A DNA stretch of 64,000 nucleotides from an uncultured virus (IMG/VR IMGVR_UViG_3300021197_001703) (IMGVR_UViG_3300021197_001703); one strand, 5' to 3'; numbered from the stretch's first letter, positions 8,884-18,825 are shown. The notes: generated by a model from the sequence alone, not told the origin. Numbers and translations are program-made.

Positions 8884-9803
8884 AAAAAATTTGATTGGTC
8901 AAAAGACACTGGTACCTCCCAAGTGTCAGGTGCTCCTGCCGCCTTCTCTTCATCTGTTGCTTGTGCAACTAATGGTTTAAGTGAATGATCATTTCTTTTG
9001 TGTTCTATTGACTTTTTAACTCCATCAAAAATTTCTCCTGATGTTTGTTCAAAGAACTCAAGTATATGTTTCTTATCTGATACTTTATCTTCAGCACCAA
9101 ATTGAATCCAATCCATCTGTGTTACTACAGCGTCTAAAGTCATTGAAGTTAGTTTACTAAAACTTTGATTAAACTTCTTCATTTTTTCTTCTTCACCTAA
9201 ATCTGTATCAGCAATAGTTTGCATCATACGTTGTTCTTCAAATGCCTTTAATGCAGTTTTTGTAAACTGTCTATAATTTAAAGGTCTAATATTAAATGTA
9301 AATCCGTTGCTTACATATAATGGATCGTATGTTCTACCTTGTACAGTATCTAATAACATAATTAAATCTACTTCTACGTCCTTAGTCATTTCTGTGTTTG
9401 GTACTGGAGAAGTAATTGTAAGTTTTTCTCCATAAGTAGCAATCCTTACAGCAATCAAAATAGCATCAAGATCTAAACTTGGTGTATCGTATGCATTTTT
9501 AATATTAGGAATACAACTTTGAATCATTGTTGCTGTTGACTCACCGTTAATAAGTGCGTCTGGTGTTTTTAATACTAATTCATCTTTGGCAGTCATTGGA
9601 TAAACTGGAACTTCACCATTTTCTGGTAATTCAAGTGATCCTTCTGGCCAATATGATCCGCCTGACGGAAGTTTAAGATACAGTTTTGGCTGTCGAAAAT
9701 GCTTCGTTAGGGGATTTGCCCGAACCGGTTGTACTGGTGTACCCGGTTGTGGTCCATTAGGCATCATTGGTATACCGCCTTGTGGAATTTTATTTTCTGA
9801 CAT
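8871..9803 (-). CDS. gp26: Baseplate hub assembly protein / tail assembly chaperone, gp26-like
   Basis: LKLPSGG, VYPMTAKDELVLK and DLDAILIAVRIATYGE motifs; ends ...SNFFVRK; divergent from the tape-measure gene. Confidence 0.75.
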   Translation of the reverse strand: MSENKIPQGGIPMMPNGPQPGTPVQPVRANPLTKHFRQPKLYLKLPSGGSYWPEGSLELPENGEVPVYPMTAKDELVLKTPDALINGESTATMIQSCIPNIKNAYDTPSLDLDAILIAVRIATYGEKLTITSPVPNTEMTKDVEVDLIMLLDTVQGRTYDPLYVSNGFTFNIRPLNYRQFTKTALKAFEEQRMMQTIADTDLGEEEKMKKFNQSFSKLTSMTLDAVVTQMDWIQFGAEDKVSDKKHILEFFEQTSGEIFDGVKKSIEHKRNDHSLKPLVAQATDEEKAAGAPDTWEVPVSFDQSNFFVRK

Positions 9804-9815
9804 ATTTTTCTCCTG

Positions 9816-9842
9816 CTAAATAGTTATAGCAAAAGTATTTAT
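9816..9842. promoter_or_regulatory. Overlapping divergent late promoters
   Basis: TAAATA on + (9817-9822) serving the tape-measure gene and ATAAATA on - (9836-9842) serving the gp26-like gene. Confidence 0.55.
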
Positions 9843-9869
9843 TGCATTTATAAAGTGAGTATTTAATTA

Positions 9870-12134
9870 ATGGCTGTAACAGCAGATATACCCGGAATTG
9901 GAAATGTACAGATCCAAGACGCGGCTACCGAAGCGACACTAAAAGACATCCTTACGGCCCTCAAGAAGGGTAACAAAGGTGGAGGTGGTGGTTCTGGAGG
10001 TGGAGGCGCTGGTGGAGGACCTGGCGGAATGGCAGGCGTAATGGAAAAAGCCGCCAAGAAAACCGGAAACTTTGCAGACGAAATAGAATCTACTACTTCT
10101 GTACTTGGAGATTTTGGTAGAGGCTTGTCAATGGTTGGTGGAATGTTCACCAAAGGTATTGGAATGGCCGCAGGTGCTGTAACTGGATTAGCATCAGAGT
10201 TCATGGGTACCAGTGTTTCAATGAGCGACTTTGCCGCACAACTTCCTATAGTTGGTGGAGCATTAAGCGGAATATTACAAGTGGTTGAAGGCAGTGTTAA
10301 AGAATTTAGAACTTTATCAGAAGTAGGTGCAAGTTTTGGTAACAATATTGTTGAAATGAATTTGGCGGCATCAAATGCTGGAATGAGTTTAGAAAGTTTC
10401 TCAGGATTTGTAGTTAATCAATCACAAAACATGATGCTATTAGGTGGAACTACTTCTAATGGTGCAAAAGAGTTTGGAAAATTAATTAAGAGTTTACCAA
10501 GAAAAGAATTTATGGGAATGGGGTATGAAATGGATGCCCTTGCTGAACATACTGCTGAGTATATGGAACAGCAAGCCATGCAAGGTAGACTTGCTGGAAG
10601 AAGTCAAGCACAATTAAAAGCAGGTTCAGAAGCATACCTAATGCAGATTGATAGACTTGCTAAAGTAACAGGTAAATCACGTAAAGAAGCAGAAGCACTA
10701 TTAAAGAAACAAAGTGCTGAAGCAAACGTTATGGTTATGGCAAGTAAACTGTCAGGACAAGCATTAACTAACTTCCAAGACGGACTTGCATTTGTTGATT
10801 CAGAGTTACCAGGATTTAGTAACGCTATTAAAGATATGGCAGACGGTGTTGCACAAACTCCATTAGCACAAAAACTTGCGGCAACTATACCAGGCTTTGC
10901 AGACTTACAGAAACAACTTGGTGACGGTTCAATTAGTCAAGAAGAATATGTTAAGAAAATGGCAGGCTTTGGACCACAAATGGATGAATTCTTTAAGAAC
11001 ATGGATCCAGCACAAGTATCAGCGTTGATGGGTAAAGAAGGCTTTGAAGGTATGACATCAGGTCTTGCAGAATTTAATAAAATGTCTGCAAAATATCAAA
11101 ACGCAAACTTTAAAGCAATGGAAGACGAACAAAAAGGTCGTGATAAAACTACAGAAGCAGTTGCAAGTTTTGAAGTAGCAATAACAGAAATGCGTAACAA
11201 AATTAAAACAACTATACTGGACAGCGGATTGTTTGATTTGTTCATGGAAGGTATTGGCAAGTTTACTTCTTGGTTTACTGCTGAAGGTGAAGACGGCATT
11301 TCTGCTATGGACAAATACTTAGACGAACTTCTCATATACGGTGAAGAGTTAGCGGCATTCTTAAAAGATACTTGGGAAGCATCAGGTGGTGACTTAGGTG
11401 AATTCTTTAGCACAGTTTGGGAAAAAAGATTCAAACCTATGATTGATGATGGATTTGAAAAAGTAGGAAAAATATTTGGTGATTGGTTTGGAGACTTCTT
11501 CAAAGCACATATTGGAACAGTAATTACTGGTGTGCTTGGAGGACTTGCAGGACTATTACTTGCAGGATTTGTAACATCATTACTACCAGCAGTGTTTGGA
11601 ATTATACTTGGACCAATTATTGCACCATTCCTTGCAATCGGTGCGGCATTAGTTGCTATATTTGGTTGGGAAACAATTAAAGGTTGGGTAGCACCAATAT
11701 GGGACGTTCTATCAGGAATGTTTACTTGGTTTGGAGACTTCTTTGGCGGTCTCTGGGAAAAGACAAAAAATCTTGGTAAGAAACTTAATCCATTAAATTG
11801 GTTTGGTGGCGATGATGATGACGATGTAACTGATAAGCACATAAAGAAAAATCAAATTTCAACTATGGCTGAAATGCCAAGTGTACCAAAAACTGTAGCG
11901 GCAGGAACGATGCCAGACTATGAAATGCCAGCAGTTACTACACCAGAAGTTGATACTGCCAAAATTGTTGCCGATTCAGGAGTCACAAAAATGCTGGCAG
12001 ACACCACAGACACGGTAAATAGTAACAGTAGCGATTTGTTATTAACAACTTTGGGTGAACAAAACAAAATTTTGAAACAGTTACTACGTGCAACAAATCA
12101 GTTGCAAGGTAATATGTTGAAAGGACCTGCATAA
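9870..12134 (+). CDS. Probable tail tape measure protein
   Basis: 754 aa, helical and Ala/Gly-rich, with periodic Trp/Phe and a hydrophobic segment near the C-terminus; adjacent to the chaperone-like gene. Confidence 0.7.
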   Translation: MAVTADIPGIGNVQIQDAATEATLKDILTALKKGNKGGGGGSGGGGAGGGPGGMAGVMEKAAKKTGNFADEIESTTSVLGDFGRGLSMVGGMFTKGIGMAAGAVTGLASEFMGTSVSMSDFAAQLPIVGGALSGILQVVEGSVKEFRTLSEVGASFGNNIVEMNLAASNAGMSLESFSGFVVNQSQNMMLLGGTTSNGAKEFGKLIKSLPRKEFMGMGYEMDALAEHTAEYMEQQAMQGRLAGRSQAQLKAGSEAYLMQIDRLAKVTGKSRKEAEALLKKQSAEANVMVMASKLSGQALTNFQDGLAFVDSELPGFSNAIKDMADGVAQTPLAQKLAATIPGFADLQKQLGDGSISQEEYVKKMAGFGPQMDEFFKNMDPAQVSALMGKEGFEGMTSGLAEFNKMSAKYQNANFKAMEDEQKGRDKTTEAVASFEVAITEMRNKIKTTILDSGLFDLFMEGIGKFTSWFTAEGEDGISAMDKYLDELLIYGEELAAFLKDTWEASGGDLGEFFSTVWEKRFKPMIDDGFEKVGKIFGDWFGDFFKAHIGTVITGVLGGLAGLLLAGFVTSLLPAVFGIILGPIIAPFLAIGAALVAIFGWETIKGWVAPIWDVLSGMFTWFGDFFGGLWEKTKNLGKKLNPLNWFGGDDDDDVTDKHIKKNQISTMAEMPSVPKTVAAGTMPDYEMPAVTTPEVDTAKIVADSGVTKMLADTTDTVNSNSSDLLLTTLGEQNKILKQLLRATNQLQGNMLKGPA

Positions 12135-12135
12135 T

Positions 12136-13899
12136 ATGAGCTGGAAAAGATACTTTACAAATGTGCCAACAGGCAATAACGACAACGGTAACATGAGCCC
12201 GTTCAGTGGACGTGGCGGTAATGAGCCCGGTCCAGCAAAATCCAATTATTCATCATATCTACCGGACGTATATGTAGGCTCTCCAAATAGAGTAGAGCGT
12301 TATGGTCAATACAATACTATGGACAATGACAGTGAAGTAAATGCGGCTTTAGATATTTTAGCAGAATTTTGCTCACAACAAAATCCAAGAAATTTAACAC
12401 CATTTGAACTTAACTTTAATAAACAAGCAACAAACAGTGAAATTACTGTATTAGGACAATACTTAAAACAATGGACTAAACTACAGAAGTTTGACACTAA
12501 GATGTTTAGAGTTGTTCGTAATACATTTAAATATGGTGATGCATTTTTTGTTAGAGATCCAGAAACTAAAAGATGGTTTTATATTGATCCTGCAAAAGTA
12601 GTACGTATTATTGTAAACGAATCAGAAGGCAAAAAGCCTGAGCAATATATTATTAAAGATATTAACTTTAATTTTAGAGATCAAATTATTACTGATCCGC
12701 ACATTACAAGCGGAAATATTACAGGTGGCGGAACATCGTCAGGTTCTCAAGGTTATCAAACAGGTGGTGCACAAGGTGCAGTCGGTAATACAGGAACATC
12801 GCAATCGGGATCAAGATTTAATGTAAACAATAGAGAAGTTGCAATTGATGCAGAACATGTTGTACACCTAAGTTTATCAGAAGGATTAGACAACAACTAT
12901 CCATTTGGTAATTCATTACTTGAAAGTATTTTTAAAGTTTACAAACAAAAAGAATTACTTGAAGATGCAATTATTATTTACAGAACACAAAGAGCACCAG
13001 AACGTAGAGTGTTTTACATTGACGTAGGTAACATGCCATCACACCTTGCTATGCAGTTTGTAGAACGTGTTAAAACAGAAATACATCAAAGACGTATTCC
13101 AAGTGCAACAGGCGGTTCAACAAGCGTCATTGACAGTGCATACAATCCTTTATCAACTAATGAAGATTACTTCTTTCCGCAAACAGCAGAAGGACGTGGA
13201 TCTAAAGTTGAAACATTACCAGGTGGTACTAATTTAGGTGAGATTGATGACTTAAAATACTTTACTAATAAACTTATTAGAGGTTTACGTATTCCAAGTA
13301 GTTACTTGCCAACTGCGGCACAAGATGATGCACAAACGCAAAGTAACGATGGTAGAGTAGGTACTGCATACATACAAGAACTACGCTTTAACAAGTACTG
13401 TGAGCGTTTACAAGCACTTGTAACAGAAGAATTTAACCAAGAGTTTAAACGTTACTTGATGGAAAAAGGAATGAACATTGATGTTTCAATGTTTGATTTA
13501 AAACTTGAGCCACCAATGAACTTTGCAAGTTACAGACAATCAGAACTTGACAATGTAAGGATTCCAACGTTTACACAAATTATGGCAGTGCCATTTATCA
13601 GTAACAGATATGCAATGAAACGTTTCTTAGGATTAAGTTCAGAAGAGATTGCAGAAAACGAACGTTATTGGAAAGAAGAGAATGACGAAAACTTAACTCC
13701 ACCTCCAACAGACGCCGCAGGTGAAATGCGTGGCGTAGGTATTAGCGGAGCGGCATTAGATGCAGACATAGCAGGCGGTGAAGATATTGATCCAACTGCT
13801 GAGCCTGATCCAGTAGCAGGAGGAGAAGCGGCGGCACCTGACACAACAACAGGCGGCGGCGCAGGCGGAGCACCGGCTCCTGAAGTTCCACCAGCATAA
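12136..13899 (+). CDS. gp20: Portal vertex protein
   Basis: LLEDAIIIYRTQRAPERRVFYIDVGNMP, EDYFFP and TLPGGTNLGEIDDLKYF motifs; TAAATA at 12016-12021. Confidence 0.96.
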   Translation: MSWKRYFTNVPTGNNDNGNMSPFSGRGGNEPGPAKSNYSSYLPDVYVGSPNRVERYGQYNTMDNDSEVNAALDILAEFCSQQNPRNLTPFELNFNKQATNSEITVLGQYLKQWTKLQKFDTKMFRVVRNTFKYGDAFFVRDPETKRWFYIDPAKVVRIIVNESEGKKPEQYIIKDINFNFRDQIITDPHITSGNITGGGTSSGSQGYQTGGAQGAVGNTGTSQSGSRFNVNNREVAIDAEHVVHLSLSEGLDNNYPFGNSLLESIFKVYKQKELLEDAIIIYRTQRAPERRVFYIDVGNMPSHLAMQFVERVKTEIHQRRIPSATGGSTSVIDSAYNPLSTNEDYFFPQTAEGRGSKVETLPGGTNLGEIDDLKYFTNKLIRGLRIPSSYLPTAAQDDAQTQSNDGRVGTAYIQELRFNKYCERLQALVTEEFNQEFKRYLMEKGMNIDVSMFDLKLEPPMNFASYRQSELDNVRIPTFTQIMAVPFISNRYAMKRFLGLSSEEIAENERYWKEENDENLTPPPTDAAGEMRGVGISGAALDADIAGGEDIDPTAEPDPVAGGEAAAPDTTTGGGAGGAPAPEVPPA

Positions 13900-13914
13900 G
13901 GAATAAATAGTTAC

Positions 13915-14154
13915 ATGATACTAAGAGAATTATTTTACTTTGATAAAGAAACACTTGAACCTACAGAGGACAAGTCATACGATTCTGTTGACGACGAAGG
14001 TGTTGTACAAAAAAATGATACTCGTAAGACACGTTTAAGCCTACGACAAATTAATAAAGCACGTAGAGCAGGTGAATTTCATAAAGAAGAACAACAAAAA
14101 GAATTACATTTCGTAAGACAAATGTACGGATTAGCGGCACAACCTGAAGTATAG
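13915..14154 (+). CDS. Small head-module protein
   Basis: 79-aa ORF after the portal gene, AATAAATA at 13902-13909, starts MILRELF. Confidence 0.7.
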   Translation: MILRELFYFDKETLEPTEDKSYDSVDDEGVVQKNDTRKTRLSLRQINKARRAGEFHKEEQQKELHFVRQMYGLAAQPEV

Positions 14155-14162
14155 GAGAACCT

Positions 14163-14759
14163 ATGTCAACAGCATTCGTTGTTGGTAACGGCACAAGCCG
14201 TAAACCCATAAGTTTAGAATCATTAAAACAGTACGGTCCTATCTATGCCTGTAACGCAGTTTATAGAGACTTCAGACCAGACTATCTTGTAGCAGTAGAC
14301 GCCAAGATGGTAATGGAAATTTGCAAAACAGGCTGGCAAAAGCACAACAAAGTATACACTAACCACAATAAACAGTTGAATGACATACAAGGACTCAACA
14401 TTTTAAACCCCAGTAAAGGCTGGAGTAGTGGTCCTACAGCATTAGATCTTGCTTCAGACCACGGACATGATCCTATATATTTGTTAGGATTTGACTTTAA
14501 AGGCACTACAGGCACCGGAAAAGGCGATGATAAGGTAAACAACTTATACGCTGGTACATTTAATTACAAGCGAGAACACGACCCTGCAACATATTTTGGT
14601 AACTGGGAACGTCAAGTAGGCATAATATGCCAAAGAAATCACAGAAAGAGATATATAAGAGTAGTAGCAGAAGGAGACAAGTTCTTACCCGGAAGTCTAA
14701 AAAACTTCACAAACTTATCTCACATAACCATTGAAGATTTCCAGAAGATCTTTGGTTAA
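14163..14759 (+). CDS. Maf/DUF115-like (sialyltransferase-fold) glycosyltransferase
   Basis: AFVVGNGTS, IYACNAVY, PDYLVAVD, SSGPTAL and IYLLGFDF motifs typical of Maf/MptE-like/GT29-like folds. Confidence 0.65.
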   Translation: MSTAFVVGNGTSRKPISLESLKQYGPIYACNAVYRDFRPDYLVAVDAKMVMEICKTGWQKHNKVYTNHNKQLNDIQGLNILNPSKGWSSGPTALDLASDHGHDPIYLLGFDFKGTTGTGKGDDKVNNLYAGTFNYKREHDPATYFGNWERQVGIICQRNHRKRYIRVVAEGDKFLPGSLKNFTNLSHITIEDFQKIFG

Positions 14760-14873
14760 TTTCATTAAGGTTTCAAAATCCTGCGTTTTGAGCCTATATT
14801 CCACATATATTCCGAATAAAGTGTAAATATTATTGACAGCCTTACCAAACGTAAACTTATAGGAGGTACTACA

Positions 14874-15845
14874 ATGGCAGACCGTAACAAATTCGAGCAG
14901 ATGCTTGAAAAATTAGTTAACGAAGATAAGAAAGGTGCAGAAGAACTGTTCCATGATATCGTCGTAGAAAAATCAAGATCAATTTATGAAAATTTATTAG
15001 AAGATGAGTTAGCAGACGAGTCTAAAGACGAAGACACTAACGAAGCAACTGACGAAGAAGTTGATGAATCTTCAAAAGACGAAGAAGTCGACGAAGCAAA
15101 AGACGAAGATGAAAAAACAGATGAGTCTAAAGACGAAGAAGTCGACGAAGCAAAAGACGAAGAAGTTGACGAAGCATCAAAAGATGAAAACGTTGACGAA
15201 AACTTTGCAGAAATTACACCAGAAGCAGAAGACGACATGGGCGGTGATCCAGCAGACGATATGATGGCTGACATCGAAGGTGGCGACGATGCTGAAGGCG
15301 ACGACAATGGTGATGACGAAGATATGGAAGACCGTGTTGTTGATTTAGAAGATGCACTTGACGACCTTAAAGCAGAATTTGAAAAAATGATGGGCGATAA
15401 GGAAGAAGGTGACGATGAAGATTCTGAGGAAGCACCAATGGATGACATGGGTGACGACGAAGAAAAGGAAGAGGAAGCATTTGCTCCTGAATCCGATCTT
15501 AGCGTAGCAGACGAAGTACCAGCATTTGAAGGTACTAAATCTAACACTGAGCAAATGAGAGAGTATGTTGAAAAAATTGCTGAGCCAAAAGGCGAAGACA
15601 ATAAAGCAAAATCTCCAGTTGCTGGTGCAAACAACATGGGCGGAACAACTGCTAATATTGCAAAAGGTTCATCAGAAGAAAAAGGTGGTACTGTAAGTGC
15701 TCCTAAAACTGAAGATGGCGGCAATGTTAACGTTCCAGGTGGTAAAGCATCTAAGTCAATGTCAAACGCTAAAGGCCATGGCGCAGAGAAAAAAGGCGCA
15801 GGCGAAACAGGAACTGATGGTAAGTCAATCATTGGTTCTAAGTAA
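14874..15845 (+). CDS. Highly acidic prohead core/scaffold-like protein
   Basis: Extremely D/E-rich with EEVDE repeats; lies directly upstream of the prohead protease; strong AGGAGG RBS and TAAATA at 14824. Confidence 0.7.
   Translation: MADRNKFEQMLEKLVNEDKKGAEELFHDIVVEKSRSIYENLLEDELADESKDEDTNEATDEEVDESSKDEEVDEAKDEDEKTDESKDEEVDEAKDEEVDEASKDENVDENFAEITPEAEDDMGGDPADDMMADIEGGDDAEGDDNGDDEDMEDRVVDLEDALDDLKAEFEKMMGDKEEGDDEDSEEAPMDDMGDDEEKEEEAFAPESDLSVADEVPAFEGTKSNTEQMREYVEKIAEPKGEDNKAKSPVAGANNMGGTTANIAKGSSEEKGGTVSAPKTEDGGNVNVPGGKASKSMSNAKGHGAEKKGAGETGTDGKSIIGSK
15013..15200 (+). repeat. Intragenic tandem repeats encoding (K)DEEVDE(A/S)
   Basis: Exact 35-nt repeat at 15075-15109 and 15129-15163, plus degenerate copies. 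Confidence 0.85.
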
Positions 15846-15864
15846 TTGTTGAGGATAGTCTAAG

Positions 15865-16485
15865 ATGATGAACCTATTACGTGAGAACTTGACATTCGAC
15901 CAGGCGCAGATCGTTCTGGAATCTACTGAGGACGGCAAAGACCTTCATTTAAAAGGTATTTGCATTCAGGGTGGCGTTCGCAATGCGAACCAGCGTATAT
16001 ACCCCGTAAGTGAAATTAGTAGGGCTGTCAACACTCTTAACGATCAGATTCAAGGAGGATATTCAGTTCTTGGTGAAGTTGATCATCCAGAAGGCCTTAA
16101 CATTAACCTTGACCGTTGTTCGCACATGATTAAAGAAATGTGGATGGATGGACCAAACGGTTATGGAAAGTTAAAAGTATTACCTACGCCGATGGGACAA
16201 CTTGTTAAAACAATGCTGGAAAGCGGAGTTAAACTTGGTGTTTCATCGCGTGGTTCAGGTAACGTAAACGAAGATAGTAACGTAAGCGACTTTGAAATTA
16301 TCACTGTTGATATAGTTGCTCAACCATCTGCTCCAGGCGCATATCCAACGCCAATTTACGAGCATTTGATGAATACCAAAGATGGGTATAAGGCATTTAA
16401 TATGGCTCGCGAAGTCAAAGGCGACACAAAGGCACAGAAGTATTTGAAAGAATCTTTGGTAAACATTATCCAAGGTTTAAAATAA
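15865..16485 (+). CDS. gp21: Prohead core protease
   Basis: NANQRIYP, LGEVDHP, GVSSRGSG and DIVAQPSAPGA motifs. Confidence 0.95.
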   Translation: MMNLLRENLTFDQAQIVLESTEDGKDLHLKGICIQGGVRNANQRIYPVSEISRAVNTLNDQIQGGYSVLGEVDHPEGLNINLDRCSHMIKEMWMDGPNGYGKLKVLPTPMGQLVKTMLESGVKLGVSSRGSGNVNEDSNVSDFEIITVDIVAQPSAPGAYPTPIYEHLMNTKDGYKAFNMAREVKGDTKAQKYLKESLVNIIQGLK

Positions 16486-16492
16486 GGAGAAC

Positions 16493-17599
16493 ATGATGTT
16501 GGAAGCACTGAAATCACTTTTTGAGAATAACGTAATTTCTGAAGACATCAAAGCATCGATAGAAGAAGCATGGGCGGATAAGATCACTGAAAACCGTCAG
16601 GAAGTAACCGCAGAACTTCGCGAAGAATTTGCTCAAAAATATGACCACGATAAGTCAGTAATGGCTGAAGCAGTGGAAAAAATGGTTGAGGATAGACTTG
16701 GTGAAGAGATTACGGAATTTGCTGATGACCGCACAAAACTTGCTGAAGCGAGAGCAAAGTATCATGTGGCAATGCGTGAAAACGCAGACCTACTTAAAAA
16801 CTTTGTTGTTGCACAATTAGGCAAGGAAGTTTCCGAACTACATGAAGACCAAAAAGTAATGTCAACTAAATTTGGCAAACTTGAGGAATTTGTAGTAGAG
16901 GCTTTGGCAAAAGAAATTGCTGAATTCCATGAAGATAAGAAAGATCTTGCAGAAACTAAAGTTCGACTAATTAGAGAGGCTAAGAAGCATCTCAACACAG
17001 TAAAAGAAAAATTCGTTAAAAATGGAGCGAAGGTTGTTGAAAATACTGTTGCAAAAACTCTTACAAAAGAGATTGGGCAACTTAAAGAAGACATCGACGT
17101 TGCACGTAAAAATGATTTTGGTAGAAAACTGTTTGAAACATTCCAAGAAGAGTATACTAACTCTTACTTGAATGAGAAATCAGAAACTGCTAAACTTTTA
17201 AAAGTTGTTGAAGTGAAAGACAAGCAATTAGCAGAAGCAAAAGCAACTGTTAAGAAGGCAACTAAATTAGTTGAATCTAAGGATCTTGAGTTTAAAAAAG
17301 CACAAGAAACTGCAAAAAGAAAAGATGTAATTTCCGGGTTAACTGCTCCGTTGAGCAATGAACAAAAAGAGATTATGACAGACTTACTGGAGTCTGTACA
17401 AACTGCTAATATCCAAAAACAGTTTGACAAGTATTTGCCATCCGTTATAGATGGTAACACTCCGGCAAAGAAGAAGGCGACACTTACCGAGGCAAAAGAA
17501 GTAACAGGCAACAAAGAAGAATCTAACGTTAGAAATGGCGCAAGTAATTCTGCAACAGATAATGTCGTAGATATTAGAAGACTTGCAGGATTAAAATAA
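16493..17599 (+). CDS. gp22: Prohead scaffolding/core protein
   Basis: Coiled-coil E/K-rich protein between the protease and the major capsid gene. Confidence 0.85.
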   Translation: MMLEALKSLFENNVISEDIKASIEEAWADKITENRQEVTAELREEFAQKYDHDKSVMAEAVEKMVEDRLGEEITEFADDRTKLAEARAKYHVAMRENADLLKNFVVAQLGKEVSELHEDQKVMSTKFGKLEEFVVEALAKEIAEFHEDKKDLAETKVRLIREAKKHLNTVKEKFVKNGAKVVENTVAKTLTKEIGQLKEDIDVARKNDFGRKLFETFQEEYTNSYLNEKSETAKLLKVVEVKDKQLAEAKATVKKATKLVESKDLEFKKAQETAKRKDVISGLTAPLSNEQKEIMTDLLESVQTANIQKQFDKYLPSVIDGNTPAKKKATLTEAKEVTGNKEESNVRNGASNSATDNVVDIRRLAGLK

Positions 17600-17609
17600 G
17601 GAGAAATCA

Positions 17610-18773
17610 ATGTCAGAACTATTAGAAAGTAGATGGCAGGAAACTAAGAGCGCATTACTTGAAGGCCTACAAGGCAATAAGAAGTCTGTTATGTCTGCTA
17701 CGCTTGACAACACCAAGAAGTACTTGGCTGAGTCGGCTACAGCAGGAGCAACTTCTGCAGGTAATGTTGCAACTTTAAATAGAGTTATCCTACCAGTAAT
17801 AAGAAGGGTCATGCCTACAGTGATCGCTAACGAAATCGTTGGTGTTCAACCTATGACAGGACCAGTGGGTCAAATCCACACATTAAGAGTTCGTTACTCA
17901 GACACATTAGATGATGTGACTGCAGGCGAAGAGGCTCTATCACCGTTCAAGATTGGCTTAGGCTATTCAGGTGGTGGATCTACTGATAAGGCATCTGCTA
18001 CAGCGGCACTTGAAGGTGAAGCAGGTAAGAGATTGTCAATTCAGATCTTAAAACAAACAGTCGAAGCGAAGACACGTAAATTGTCAGCACGTTGGACTTT
18101 TGAGTCTGCACAAGACGCACAAGCACAACAAGGCATTGACGTAGAAGCGGAAATTATGGCGGCTTTAGCACAAGAAATTACTGCTGAAATCGATCAAGAA
18201 GTTCTTGCTTCATTACGTAACTTGGCTGGCGCGGCAGAAGCGGACGTACAATACGACCAAACTGCTGTTTCAGGTACTGCAACATTCGTCGGTGACGAAC
18301 ACGCGGCACTTGCTGTTATGATTAACAGAGCGGCTAATAAAATCGCACAGCGTACAAGACGTGGCGCAGGTAACTTTGCAGTGGTATCACCGCATACGTT
18401 AACTGTACTTCAGTCTGCTACAACTTCAGCGTTTGCAAGAACAACTGAAGGTACATTCGAAGCACCTACTAACACTAAACTTGTTGGTACACTAAACGGC
18501 GCAATGAAAGTATACGTAGACGCATATGCAACAGACGCAACAGACGTACTTGTTGGTTACAAAGGAACATCAGAAGCAGACGCGGCGGCATTCTATTGCC
18601 CATACATTCCGCTAATGTCTTCAGGCGTTGTTTTAGACCCAGGTACATTTGAGCCTGTAGTTTCATTCATGACAAGATATGGCTATGTAGAGTTAAACAA
18701 CACTGCATCATCTCTTGGTAATGCGGCAGACTACTTGGCACGTGTATCAGTTGCGGGTGTAACATTTAGTTAA
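17610..18773 (+). CDS. gp23: Major capsid protein
   Basis: IRRVMP, VGVQPMTGPVGQI, TRKLSARWTFE, EITAEIDQE, FYCPYIPL and FMTRYG motifs; possible maturation site LAE/S. Confidence 0.97.
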   Translation: MSELLESRWQETKSALLEGLQGNKKSVMSATLDNTKKYLAESATAGATSAGNVATLNRVILPVIRRVMPTVIANEIVGVQPMTGPVGQIHTLRVRYSDTLDDVTAGEEALSPFKIGLGYSGGGSTDKASATAALEGEAGKRLSIQILKQTVEAKTRKLSARWTFESAQDAQAQQGIDVEAEIMAALAQEITAEIDQEVLASLRNLAGAAEADVQYDQTAVSGTATFVGDEHAALAVMINRAANKIAQRTRRGAGNFAVVSPHTLTVLQSATTSAFARTTEGTFEAPTNTKLVGTLNGAMKVYVDAYATDATDVLVGYKGTSEADAAAFYCPYIPLMSSGVVLDPGTFEPVVSFMTRYGYVELNNTASSLGNAADYLARVSVAGVTFS

Positions 18774-18794
18774 TTCTTAGAATTAATTTTATTG

Positions 18795-18825
18795 AAAAGG
18801 GCGGTGGCAACACTGCCCTTTTTTT
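18795..18825 (+). terminator. Rho-independent terminator after the major capsid gene
   Basis: AAAAGGGCGGTG-GCAA-CACTGCCC followed by a T-tract. Confidence 0.9.

Noticed and set aside
8711..8980. 89-aa plus-strand ORF
   Set aside because: Antisense to the gp26-like gene and its -1 frame extension, which have better coding features
14833..14861. TTGACA as a sigma70 -35 box
   Set aside because: No acceptable -10 hexamer at 16-18 nt spacing; TAAATA at 14824 explains expression
15013..15200. CRISPR array
   Set aside because: The repeats are in-frame coding repeats without unique spacers
14984..15832. 282-aa Ser-rich antisense ORF, and the many similar shadow ORFs across structural genes
   Set aside because: Mirror of biased sense-strand codon usage (GAA/GAC repeats); no independent signals
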